Positions 17,536 to 26,373 of a stretch of DNA of 55,141 nt are shown one piece after another. The notes under the pieces are model-generated. The model searched no databases. It was not told the DNA's origin and saw only the letters and a list, made by a program, of their open reading frames with translations. Where the stretch lies: positions 1 to 55,141 of the IMG/VR virus record IMGVR_UViG_3300010413_000041. One strand, 5' to 3'. The translations under genes were made by a program, and so were the position numbers. This stretch comes from a virus (Duplodnaviria; Caudoviricetes). How positions within the stretch are numbered: the first letter of the stretch is position 1; every line of letters begins with the position of its first letter.

Positions 17536-18308
17536 TTATACTCCCCACCTTCACACAGGACCACCACACTCCCAAACTGAGGTCTTTTGTTGACCGCTCC
17601 CCTATTCATTAAATATGCCGGCGCATTCTGCCACGCAGGAGTAAAGATAACCCGTACTGGGTGGTTTCTCCCACTATCGGCAAACCTGTGCATGTGAGAT
17701 CTAATCACCAAATCAGGGTAAGGCTCTCCCCATTCGTTATAATCGGACATAGTCTCATATGCCAATCTCAATGCAGCGTTCGGACCTGTCCACGGAAGAG
17801 ATCCCATGGATGTGTAATGCGAAATATCAAACTTCACTCCCCCAAACTCCGCTCTCAATTGCCACCATGAATATGTTTTATCTTTACCATTCTTTACCGC
17901 CCCCAGATCCTTTGCAATCTCTTCCTCAGCCCATCCACTCCCCCCCGTATGATAATCCGTTCCCCTGATAACAAACAAGTCACCATCTATATGTTTTCTC
18001 AATACAGGCTCAATTAACTCCACCGCATTTGTGATCGCATCTGTCGGATTTATTGACAAATATTGCGATCCATTCTTGCCGGGGTAAAGGTCTACCAGAT
18101 CCCCATTAATTGCCATCGACCTCCTGTATCCTTTAGTATATGCCTCGATGTCATCCCAGTTCTTCTCCCACGCCTTCAGTAGAAATCTCCTGCTATCATT
18201 CAACCCAACTTCTTCTCCGTCATCTCTCTTATACTTTGGTGGGGATAATCCCTTGGAATGATTAACATGTAAATCCGATACTATTATTATCGCCTCTTTA
18301 TCCTTCAT
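17481..18308 (-). CDS. Calcineurin-like metallophosphoesterase
   Basis: SDLH, NGDLVD, RGTDYH, SH, RSHMH motifs. Confidence 0.85.
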   Translation of the reverse strand: MKDKEAIIIVSDLHVNHSKGLSPPKYKRDDGEEVGLNDSRRFLLKAWEKNWDDIEAYTKGYRRSMAINGDLVDLYPGKNGSQYLSINPTDAITNAVELIEPVLRKHIDGDLFVIRGTDYHTGGSGWAEEEIAKDLGAVKNGKDKTYSWWQLRAEFGGVKFDISHYTSMGSLPWTGPNAALRLAYETMSDYNEWGEPYPDLVIRSHMHRFADSGRNHPVRVIFTPAWQNAPAYLMNRGAVNKRPQFGSVVVLCEGGEYKWELFRYWAVRGKIWKRR

Positions 18309-18700
18309 TATGTTGCTCTCCCTGCCAACTTTGCGATCCTGTTCCTCAATATCTCTACCTCCCCCTCCAAATCGGCAATTCTCTTATCCCTGTTCTCTAT
18401 CCCCTCTCTTAACAGCTTGATTGTTACTTCGTCTTCCTCTGCCTTATCTTCGAGATCTTTAATCCTCTTGGTGAGTTTTTCTATCTCTGCCCCCTGCCGA
18501 TCTATCTTCACTCTCAAACTATCACAAACCTGTGACCACGCCTTGCCTATCACCTCAGCGGCTTGAGCCTCAAGGACCTCAGCATTGGCATCCCTCGATC
18601 TCCTATTCAGCCACAGATTAATAAGAGTAGATAACGCACCTATCGCAGTAATGAGAGCCGCACCCCCTATCAATAGTTCCTTGATCTCTGTAGTGTCCAT
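18308..18700 (-). CDS. Membrane-anchored coiled-coil protein (lysis-module type)
   Basis: One N-terminal TM followed by a long heptad coiled coil; next to holin. Confidence 0.6.
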   Translation of the reverse strand: MDTTEIKELLIGGAALITAIGALSTLINLWLNRRSRDANAEVLEAQAAEVIGKAWSQVCDSLRVKIDRQGAEIEKLTKRIKDLEDKAEEDEVTIKLLREGIENRDKRIADLEGEVEILRNRIAKLAGRAT

Positions 18701-18725
18701 CGATAACACCCCTCTTCTCTGGGGA

Positions 18726-19115
18726 TTATCCGTAAGGACTGTCCTCGCCCGTAGGCGGTAAACTCTCCCTTCCCAGATCCGGAACAACACCTAACTTCTG
18801 CAAATGTCCTAATATGCTCGCCACAACTGACAAAAACAATATCCCATAAACCGTGTAAGCAAAACCGGACTGAATGTTGGCTATGGCTAAATACTCCGTT
18901 GGGAGCAACCCTAACACCTCTACCGATAACCAACCAATCACCTTGGGAGCATAAGACGCCAAGAAATCAGCCAACTTCTCCCATTTAAATGTCTTATCCA
19001 CTATCGCAACCGTAACCCCAAGGATAAGATCCAATAAAATAACAATCCCCAAAGCCATCGCTAGGGGTGCCAAGTGTTGAGCAAACTGCTCTAATACTTC
19101 AACTGTTATAAACAT
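18726..19115 (-). CDS. Putative holin
   Basis: Three hydrophobic segments, DLILGV..A...F.W..L..F pattern. Confidence 0.65.
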   Translation of the reverse strand: MFITVEVLEQFAQHLAPLAMALGIVILLDLILGVTVAIVDKTFKWEKLADFLASYAPKVIGWLSVEVLGLLPTEYLAIANIQSGFAYTVYGILFLSVVASILGHLQKLGVVPDLGRESLPPTGEDSPYG

Positions 19116-19214
19116 CTAAACCTTCCTTTACATGAATATCATATCTGAGCGATGCCAATGCACACAAAAAGTATAGCATAAATCCCCCTCTTTGCCACTA
19201 TCTAAATCGCCAGA

Positions 19215-19418
19215 TTAACCATGCATTAAAGATACGGTTATAACTATAAACATCCCGATCCCCAGACCCTGCGAGATCCCCAGAATATATCCGACCCAAA
19301 GGGGAATATCTAAATAGTGGAATGATATCAACCCAAAAACAACCACAAACCAAATCAGCATCATTCCCAAGATCCTTCTGCTCCCCCTTATCAACGTTGC
19401 CATCTTCTCTTCACTCAT
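19215..19418 (-). CDS. Small two-TM membrane protein
   Basis: Hydrophobic ORF with AGGAG RBS. Confidence 0.55.
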   Translation of the reverse strand: MSEEKMATLIRGSRRILGMMLIWFVVVFGLISFHYLDIPLWVGYILGISQGLGIGMFIVITVSLMHG

Positions 19419-19433
19419 TTATAAACTCCTTAG

Positions 19434-19554
19434 TGAGGCGGTCAGGATTGGCTACCTGAGGAGGGATACACCCATGCTCGGTTAGGTGCGAAGCCCATTG
19501 AGACTATCCTTATCTAGCGCACAAGGATGCGTGACCCGTCACGCCGCCGCCTCA
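19434..19554 (-). ncRNA. tRNA-like structured RNA (non-canonical, ~121 nt)
   Basis: 8-bp closing stem UGAGGCGG/CCGCCUCA; D-like GCGUGAC/GUCACGC; AUCCUU/AAGGAU; GCACCUA/UGGGUGU; T-like UCAGG-UAGCCAAU-CCUGA. Confidence 0.6.
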
Positions 19555-19562
19555 TATTTTAT

Positions 19563-19760
19563 TTATGCTTCCTGTTCATATCTAAGATGACTCTCTGTCA
19601 TTTGCACTTCTGTAACCTCGTCAAATGTTATCGTGAAAGTATCAGCATGGTCGACACTTACATTGTTTACTAATATTTCTTGTTTGAAATACTTCTCGTT
19701 TAGCCAGTCTTGGCAAATTGTTTTCATTTGTGCTTTATTTACTACAAGCGTTTTGCTCAT
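19563..19760 (-). CDS. AT-rich hypothetical protein
   Basis: AAGGAG RBS; composition differs from flanks. Confidence 0.6.
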   Translation of the reverse strand: MSKTLVVNKAQMKTICQDWLNEKYFKQEILVNNVSVDHADTFTITFDEVTEVQMTESHLRYEQEA

Positions 19761-19828
19761 GTTTGTTTCTCCTTGTAAATAAAAGTTATTAAATTAGGGA
19801 AAATAAATGAGGCGGTGCGGATTAGCCA

Positions 19829-20077
19829 TTATAGCCACCTCTCGATCATATCTGCTACAACCATACCGATTGTATAAGATAACACCAAAAACAACGCAAT
19901 CCCAAGGAACAAGCCAATCTGAGTTACTTGATCTATCCCGGTTCTGTTCTCCACAAACCAAGTAATCCGATCCAATAACCCACACGCTACCACTAATGCA
20001 ATCAAGATCCCGGCACCTATTATGATCTCTATCATCTCCCCCCCTTCTCGATCCTGCCCCGGGGATGATATTCGCAT
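19829..20077 (-). CDS. Small membrane protein
   Basis: Two hydrophobic segments. Confidence 0.5.
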   Translation of the reverse strand: MRISSPGQDREGGEMIEIIIGAGILIALVVACGLLDRITWFVENRTGIDQVTQIGLFLGIALFLVLSYTIGMVVADMIERWL

Positions 20078-20271
20078 TGTTTACCCCGACCATAAAACCT
20101 TCCGCAGCGTTCACAATATCCAAGATCTCTCAAACTGACACCCGGAAGCACTATTATAGTAACATCCCCCTCCTTCACGCCATACAACGGCGATAACGCC
20201 CAATCGACATCCCCACTCGTGAGAGTAGCTAAAGCCGTCAATACAGCACCCAACATATCATCACTACTCAT
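20032..20271 (-). CDS. Small zinc-finger hypothetical protein
   Basis: CERCG...CEYH. Confidence 0.5.
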   Translation of the reverse strand: MSSDDMLGAVLTALATLTSGDVDWALSPLYGVKEGDVTIIVLPGVSLRDLGYCERCGRFYGRGKQCEYHPRGRIEKGGR

Positions 20272-20304
20272 GGTGTATCTCCTATTAACTCGACTTATTT
20301 ATGC

Positions 20305-20820
20305 CTAACTCTTCTCGTCTTCACTCCCACCAAGTAACCTGTGCGCCTTCCTGATAAACTCGATGTTCTTATGTCTGTTCCCGATAATCAAGAGATCTTC
20401 TACATGATCCATAACCCATCGCTCTTCTGTGGGATATCCGTAAATATTGGCATAATATCCCGCAACGTAAGGCTTAATCCAATCTGAATGCTTAAACATC
20501 CACATTTGTTCTATCTTGATCTTCCCTTGGATTATCAGGTGGCAGACCTGACACAAAGCAACTAAATTCCACCACTCAATATTCGATTTATTGTTATCCA
20601 AGTGGTGAACCGTCAGCACTCTCTGTCTCTGTCTCCCATCCCCACCCTTGGCAAATTCAGCATGTTTTGACCTGTCACACCGACTGTCGCAGGGCATTGG
20701 TATACCAACAAACTCCCCCTTATGCCCACACCTGACGCAACGCCACCCGGCACGATCCTTGACCTTCTCCGAGATAACATCCCAATTATCTGGATATGTA
20801 CCCTTAAACTTTAATCGCAT
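20305..20820 (-). CDS. HNH endonuclease-like protein
   Basis: YPDNW, RCVRCG, LTVHHLD.NK.N...NLVALCQVCH. Confidence 0.85.
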   Translation of the reverse strand: MRLKFKGTYPDNWDVISEKVKDRAGWRCVRCGHKGEFVGIPMPCDSRCDRSKHAEFAKGGDGRQRQRVLTVHHLDNNKSNIEWWNLVALCQVCHLIIQGKIKIEQMWMFKHSDWIKPYVAGYYANIYGYPTEERWVMDHVEDLLIIGNRHKNIEFIRKAHRLLGGSEDEKS

Positions 20821-21292
20821 ATCGATATCCCTTAGCCTTCTTTATGTTCACTACGCCGATTTTTGTCATGGCATTATAGGTAAGCAAATAATCAATCTCA
20901 TCCCTGACATGGGAGTAATATCCGTAATCTTCGAGCAATTCAAACTCAATCGCTATATAAGCATAACTCGTGCCACTCAGGTTCTCCGGTTCAAGCTTGT
21001 AATCTCTTCTTGCAATAACTACTGCCATGTTTTCATTGAACTTCCAATGTAAATTAATAAGCACTCTCGCCCCCAGATCCTTAGCAAGCCTCTCTGCCAG
21101 TTCGGTATATTCAAACTCCTTCCGCATCTTCCACCCCCGATTTGCGATCATCAACCACAGCCTCAACCGCCCACCTCTCCCAACCCAGATAGGAAGATTT
21201 ATATCTGTATACTTTCTTCGGTTCTGGTTGGTGGAACTTCTCAACAAGTGACCTAACCACATCCTCCAACTCCATATCTCCCGTAAACTCAT
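20804..21292 (-). CDS. Hypothetical protein (real start probably near 21128)
   Basis: ORF track; overlap pattern. Confidence 0.45.
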   Translation of the reverse strand: MSLREIWSWRMWLGHLLRSSTNQNRRKYTDINLPIWVGRGGRLRLWLMIANRGWKMRKEFEYTELAERLAKDLGARVLINLHWKFNENMAVVIARRDYKLEPENLSGTSYAYIAIEFELLEDYGYYSHVRDEIDYLLTYNAMTKIGVVNIKKAKGYRYAIKV

Positions 21293-21347
21293 ATCTCATC
21301 TTAGGGAGTAAAAGGATGTTCGATGTCTCTATTATGCTGATATCCAT
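21111..21347 (-). CDS. Hypothetical protein
   Basis: GGAG RBS. Confidence 0.45.
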   Translation of the reverse strand: MDISIIETSNILLLPKMRYEFTGDMELEDVVRSLVEKFHQPEPKKVYRYKSSYLGWERWAVEAVVDDRKSGVEDAEGV

Positions 21348-21359
21348 TATTTTTGCTCC

Positions 21360-21620
21360 TTATATCAATTCCATCTGTTGATCCTTATTATTCTTCGATA
21401 TCTTCGCCTTATTAACCACCCTGTCATCAACCAAGATATCACACCAAGGGCGATTGTACTTCGCCCAATCCACAGCCTCTTCAACCTCACTCCACAACAT
21501 TAATTCATTATATTTGTTATAAAACGTCTCCCTTCCCTGCACCAAATAATACCCTTCCCCCTTCTCATGCCATCTCACATAAACCGGATCTGTTATGCTC
21601 ATTTTATCTCTACCTCCCAC
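21360..21620 (-). CDS. Hypothetical protein
   Basis: ORF in operon. Confidence 0.5.
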   Translation of the reverse strand: MGGRDKMSITDPVYVRWHEKGEGYYLVQGRETFYNKYNELMLWSEVEEAVDWAKYNRPWCDILVDDRVVNKAKISKNNKDQQMELI

Positions 21621-22009
21621 CTATCCCCAGATCCCACAGCCATAACCCAGACAAACCAAGGATGTTTGTCGGTCACCGCATTAAACTTGATCCTCCCTTC
21701 CTTATACCCTCTTGCCCTTCTTGAGCCCTTGATCTCCACAAAAACAACTCTACCATCAAGGAGGATATGCATAAAATCCGGTTTATACCTTCCCCCCTCG
21801 AGATAAAAGCTCACAGGCTCATATAACCTCCGATATGTCTTCTCCCCCAACTCATCCTCAAGCACCATATCACCAAATATAGCCCAATCACGCTCGGACT
21901 TCGATCTATATTCATCTTCTGCGGAGGGTAGGTCCACTCTAGCGATAACCATATTATTTGCCTCCATTGTCATCAATTCTAATAACAATCTTGATCTCTT
22001 CAAACCCAA
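21599..22009 (-). CDS. PD-(D/E)XK endonuclease (DUF1064/resolvase-like)
   Basis: YRSKSE, YEP, YKPDF, VEIKG. Confidence 0.8.
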   Translation of the reverse strand: MGLKRSRLLLELMTMEANNMVIARVDLPSAEDEYRSKSERDWAIFGDMVLEDELGEKTYRRLYEPVSFYLEGGRYKPDFMHILLDGRVVFVEIKGSRRARGYKEGRIKFNAVTDKHPWFVWVMAVGSGDRWEVEIK

Positions 22010-22163
22010 TCATCCTGACTGTCTCATATAAAATCTTTGCCCGTTCATATGGCATTGGATAGGATATTAACTCGACCTCAACCCTACAATCATTCTCATA
22101 TAAAACATTCAAGCTATATCCCGATATCTGGAATGAGCCATTTAATTCAACCAATCTCTCCAT
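21954..22163 (-). CDS. Hypothetical protein
   Basis: GAGGAG RBS. Confidence 0.5.
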   Translation of the reverse strand: MERLVELNGSFQISGYSLNVLYENDCRVEVELISYPMPYERAKILYETVRMIGFEEIKIVIRIDDNGGK

Positions 22164-22174
22164 TGTTTATCTCC

Positions 22175-22495
22175 TCAATAATCATAACTGCCGAGATCTT
22201 CTGTATCATTCTCCCAATAATCATCCTCAAGCTCTGGGTGATCTATCCCCGGAGATCCATCGTCATCAACCCATTTATCCTTATAATCCATCACAGCATT
22301 ATCAATCTCCGAGATCCCATTGTGGTATTCTGGATTGCGAATTGTCCATACTTTGCGACCTTCGTCATAATCCCGATCGTAATGGGGAATTGTCTCCTTT
22401 ATCAACAACAAATCATCCCAGAAGTCATCCCCAAACAACCTCAACTCCACATATAAACTATCTTCTTTATATACATCAATAACATCAATCGCCAT
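22175..22495 (-). CDS. Acidic hypothetical protein
   Basis: GGAGG RBS; R.YD...K.W motif. Confidence 0.55.
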   Translation of the reverse strand: MAIDVIDVYKEDSLYVELRLFGDDFWDDLLLIKETIPHYDRDYDEGRKVWTIRNPEYHNGISEIDNAVMDYKDKWVDDDGSPGIDHPELEDDYWENDTEDLGSYDY

Positions 22496-22505
22496 TATCT
22501 GCCTC

Positions 22506-22709
22506 CTAACTCATTATGTCATCCATCTCAGTTATAAAATCGTTCACTAAATTAAAGATCTTATTAAAATGCTCCTTCTCATTATCATCAATGGAGTTCC
22601 ACAACTCCAACCACCCATCCAAACTCCCCCTTATTTTGCACCACTCAAATCTTCTCCTGACCTCCAACATTCTCATAAAATAATATTGACCATCCGTTGG
22701 TATTCCCAT
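22506..22709 (-). CDS. Hypothetical protein
   Basis: GGAGG RBS. Confidence 0.5.
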   Translation of the reverse strand: MGIPTDGQYYFMRMLEVRRRFEWCKIRGSLDGWLELWNSIDDNEKEHFNKIFNLVNDFITEMDDIMS

Positions 22710-22722
22710 GCTAAGCCTCCAA

Positions 22723-22938
22723 TTATCTCCCGTTCTTCCTAATCATCAATATCGTGCAGACATCACACCCCAGATGAGCCCCATTTGTTTTCGTGAAGAT
22801 AATATATGCGATCCTGCCGATCTTTACCCGTTTTCCACAGATACAGCACCTGCGCTCCGGTATACTCCCTAATAACTCCTTCGTCACCTTGAAGCTGTCA
22901 CTAACATTCCTGACATCAATGTCAAAATTCCTAGTCAT
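22723..22938 (-). CDS. Small zinc-finger protein
   Basis: CCICG...CDVC. Confidence 0.5.
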   Translation of the reverse strand: MTRNFDIDVRNVSDSFKVTKELLGSIPERRCCICGKRVKIGRIAYIIFTKTNGAHLGCDVCTILMIRKNGR

Positions 22939-22952
22939 AACCCTTCTCCTTA

Positions 22953-23720
22953 TTATAGAAAACAGTAACCACTATCACAAACATCCGTTGTGTCAAATAG
23001 CTCAGGTTGGATATAACCCTCATCCTCTGGGATTTTCACAGCATCGGGGAGGGGAATGCGTGAAGAATGCACAAATAACGGGGATGGAGGGCATATATCC
23101 CTGACATAATTATCTATTGCCACAGCTTGTTCCCAATCCCTTCCTTCTTCCCTCTTCATATATTCCCAAGCAACATTGGAGTGATAAGGACAAAATGTGC
23201 ATGATGACTTCCCGGGAACCGGAAGATTGTTTTGCTTGAGCCACCATAAACAATCCCTCCGGTGCATCTTGAGTTCCAATAAAGGGAAGCGATTATGTAT
23301 GTATTTAGCCCCACTCGTCTTCGCACGGAACACCTCATCATATGTAATCCCTATCCATACCTCAACACCCTCCCCATCCCTAAACTTATTCCACCATCTT
23401 CGCATGGGTTTGATCTTCCAGTTTGGAGTACATTGGCGGAATAATTGCGCCCTAACCCCTTTGTTGAACGTGAAGAATGGAGGGAAGGTCTTACCCCATT
23501 TATTAATTATTTTGTGATCCTCTCTAATCGCAACCACCTTAACTCCCCGATCTTCCAACCAAGGCGTCCATTGTTTGGCAAACTCATAGGTATAACTCAT
23601 CTCCCATGTAGTATCACTGTGAACCGCATAATCCACAGGCTCAATCTCCCCCAAAGCAACCATCGCAGCCATTGTCCAGCTCTGGACACCCCAACCCAAA
23701 CTTATAACCTTTATAGTCAT
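22953..23720 (-). CDS. PAPS-reductase/adenine-nucleotide alpha-hydrolase family protein
   Basis: SLGWGVQS, DTTWE, RQCT..WKI.P, IGI..DE..R, KSSCTFCPYH, C.SG.CF. Confidence 0.8.
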   Translation of the reverse strand: MTIKVISLGWGVQSWTMAAMVALGEIEPVDYAVHSDTTWEMSYTYEFAKQWTPWLEDRGVKVVAIREDHKIINKWGKTFPPFFTFNKGVRAQLFRQCTPNWKIKPMRRWWNKFRDGEGVEVWIGITYDEVFRAKTSGAKYIHNRFPLLELKMHRRDCLWWLKQNNLPVPGKSSCTFCPYHSNVAWEYMKREEGRDWEQAVAIDNYVRDICPPSPLFVHSSRIPLPDAVKIPEDEGYIQPELFDTTDVCDSGYCFL

Positions 23721-24565
23721 CCCATCTCTCTTCTAGTCAACATCGGTCTTGAGTAAATCCTAGCCAACTTCTTCCAATCGTCCGAGTATTTTATGAGCTT
23801 ATCTGGTGGCTGATATAGCTGGGCAAACGGCATGCACCCGATCTCCCAGACCGCCCTAAGCCTTCTCTCTGCATCCCAGATCTTCTCCCCCCCATAACCT
23901 ATAAGCACATAGCACGATAATTGCTCTCGTGTTAGATGACCCAATTTATTCACCGCATCTTCAAGAGATCCAAGAGATCCCCTAGTATCAGCCGCCATAT
24001 ATAACCTCTTCAATCTTATGCTCTTGATCTGCTCTACAAACCAATCATCAACCAATCTCTTATCAACACCTCCCCTAAACTCAATCTGTTGATCCTGCCC
24101 CCTCAACATCTCGAACACATCCGCTTGATGTTCCCGAGGAGTGGCTAGAAAGTTGTTATCTTGGATGACATTCCCCGGCTTGACATCCAACAACCTCAAC
24201 TCTCCCTCTCGGTCGGGTACCAGACACCAAATACATTTATAAGGACATCCCCTGCTGGTAAAAGTGATCCCATCCTTGACATAAAACCCCGGCTCAAAAT
24301 CTCCCGGAGGTTGAGCATCGATCGCAGGACCACCTATCCTCACATCTTCATAATACTTATCCCACGCCTCGCATAATCTATATCCCTCGCTGATATCCCA
24401 TGTGAAAGTCACAGACACATGCACAGCATCAGCCTCCGGAAGGAATAACTGAGGGTCACCGATATAAATAAGATCCCCTCTCGGCGTATATGATGTCCTT
24501 CTCGGAAATACTCTTATCACCTTCTTCCCATCCATATCAACTCCAATATTCCCGGAACGTATCAT
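23717..24565 (-). CDS. Radical SAM protein
   Basis: TSRGCPYKCIWC.VP..EG (CxxxCxxC), DNNFLA, YVLIGY. Confidence 0.88.
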   Translation of the reverse strand: MIRSGNIGVDMDGKKVIRVFPRRTSYTPRGDLIYIGDPQLFLPEADAVHVSVTFTWDISEGYRLCEAWDKYYEDVRIGGPAIDAQPPGDFEPGFYVKDGITFTSRGCPYKCIWCLVPDREGELRLLDVKPGNVIQDNNFLATPREHQADVFEMLRGQDQQIEFRGGVDKRLVDDWFVEQIKSIRLKRLYMAADTRGSLGSLEDAVNKLGHLTREQLSCYVLIGYGGEKIWDAERRLRAVWEIGCMPFAQLYQPPDKLIKYSDDWKKLARIYSRPMLTRREMG

Positions 24566-25565
24566 TTATATCTTTACTCCCCTCTGCCCTCTCTAACTCC
24601 AACTCATCCAACTTATTGTATGCAGGGTCAAAATAAACCCAGAAGGCTTTGTTATCAGCACCCATCTTCTGCTTTAACACACTAACAAGCATCTGACAGC
24701 TACCCTCAACAACCATCGATCCAAACTGCTCCCCTTCCTTCTTATAATGGCGGGGTCTAACCACACTCATAACCTTATCAGACGACTGCTCAATATTCGA
24801 TGTCCATTGTCCATCGTCCATGCTGGGGATCTGTACTGCCTTCTCATCTACCGATCTCTTGGCTTGCACACCGACCACAAAAGGACAACTGAAAGCGAGA
24901 GCACCATCCTTCAACCGATCTAAATTATCTGACACCCCGATAACCTTGCTCTCCACATCCCCTTCAAACGGTATCCTCTGGAGATAATCTATAAACACCA
25001 TATCGATTGTAAATCTCTGGTTATCCCACTCCTCAATCGCCATCAATGCCATAGCCAAGGCGGAAGCGGTGATCTTCGGTCTCTTCTTCCTGCGCTCCAT
25101 ACTGTGACCAATAAACCACAGAGGCATATCAGTTCGAGCAACCCCGGCTAAATCGATCTTCCCAATCTGCTCATCTGACAACTTCCCCCTAGCCATATCT
25201 GATATGGAGATGGATTGCTCCGCTGCCACATGGAAGGCGTGAAGTTCCTCAATATGCTGTTCATAGGTCACATAAACAACAACCCTATCCAATTCTCCCA
25301 TCCTGACCAACTCCCTAGCACGATGCCTCGCCCATCTCATCATAAACCCTGTTTTTCCGTTCCCCGGTCTTCCAATTATGGATAACATCTCCCCAGACAA
25401 CATTGGCAAAAAATACTCATCAATCGATCCAACCCCAACAGGAACAGCAAGCTCCTTATTATCCCTGCGCCATCTGATATATCGAGCCCCAATCGCACCA
25501 ATATCCGAGGGAGTATATACAATATCCCGAGCATCTTTAGCATCCTTTACTTCATTGTATGGCAT
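24537..25565 (-). CDS. DnaB-like replicative helicase (C-terminal domain)
   Basis: GRPGNGKT, FIDYLQRI, Q..R, IEQ.SD; likely start MPYNEV. Confidence 0.88.
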   Translation of the reverse strand: MPYNEVKDAKDARDIVYTPSDIGAIGARYIRWRRDNKELAVPVGVGSIDEYFLPMLSGEMLSIIGRPGNGKTGFMMRWARHRARELVRMGELDRVVVYVTYEQHIEELHAFHVAAEQSISISDMARGKLSDEQIGKIDLAGVARTDMPLWFIGHSMERRKKRPKITASALAMALMAIEEWDNQRFTIDMVFIDYLQRIPFEGDVESKVIGVSDNLDRLKDGALAFSCPFVVGVQAKRSVDEKAVQIPSMDDGQWTSNIEQSSDKVMSVVRPRHYKKEGEQFGSMVVEGSCQMLVSVLKQKMGADNKAFWVYFDPAYNKLDELELERAEGSKDINDTFREYWS

Positions 25566-25566
25566 A

Positions 25567-26370
25567 TCACACCCCATCCGGGATAGGTCGATTGTCCTTC
25601 TGCCCTCTTGCTCCCCCCACTTTCTGTTGATCCTTCCAAGCCATAAAATCATCCAAACACTTCTGGTAGTTATCATCATTCCGGAGGAAGTATTCGAGTG
25701 TGAACCAACTCTCGACCTGCAGGGTTACGCTCTTGCTAGCCCTAGCGAGAGCAATGCGCCAAGTCTCCTGAAAATGCTTGGAGGACCATCTGGTAGCGGC
25801 TTTTTTCCTGAGTGATTTATTGTCCTTCCTCGGTTGAGGTTTACTGGGGAATAAACTCCCCCACTCATCCAATATCTCTTCATATGGATGCCAGACCTTC
25901 TCCCCCACATCTTCCACATCCTCTTCCTCCCCTTCCGCATACCCTATCAATACCCTATCTATACCTTGTCCACCCTCCCCGATAATCCCAACATCCAAAT
26001 CATCCCCGTAATATTCGAGATAAGCCGTTTTGAGATCCCCATCAGGAATGGATGATATCTCATTCAGTATCCTAATCCTGACAGTATCAGATCTCGTAGC
26101 ATGATAACGCCGAAGGTTCTTAACCCATATAATCCCATCCTCATAATATACCTTCCTATCTTTAGCAAATCTCTTTAGTGCGTCCTCAATGTAGGCTCTC
26201 CTTATCCCTGTCTCGAATACAATCACGCTTATGGAGATCTCGTAAATCCCTGATAAAGTGGACATATCGTTGGTAATGAAATATATAAATATCAACTTCT
26301 CCGTGGGCGTGAGATCTATAAACCACGGATCCTTCCAGATGCTACAATGTATCTGCCTAAAATTAGCCAT
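25567..26370 (-). CDS. Phage replication initiator protein
   Basis: N-terminal wHTH (FRQI...W.D.WF..L...EKL...Y), internal iteron linker, C-terminal W.TLEYFLR; lies between primase and helicase. Confidence 0.75.
   Translation of the reverse strand: MANFRQIHCSIWKDPWFIDLTPTEKLIFIYFITNDMSTLSGIYEISISVIVFETGIRRAYIEDALKRFAKDRKVYYEDGIIWVKNLRRYHATRSDTVRIRILNEISSIPDGDLKTAYLEYYGDDLDVGIIGEGGQGIDRVLIGYAEGEEEDVEDVGEKVWHPYEEILDEWGSLFPSKPQPRKDNKSLRKKAATRWSSKHFQETWRIALARASKSVTLQVESWFTLEYFLRNDDNYQKCLDDFMAWKDQQKVGGARGQKDNRPIPDGV
25938..25965. repeat. Iteron-like 11-bp repeats inside initiator gene
   Basis: CATACCCTATC AATACCCTATC TATACC. Confidence 0.65.
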
Positions 26371-26373
26371 CTA

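Noticed and set aside
19434-19554. Canonical tRNA or tmRNA gene
   Set aside because: No TTC T-loop, no 7-nt anticodon loop, no CCA, no tag ORF; kept only as a tRNA-like RNA.
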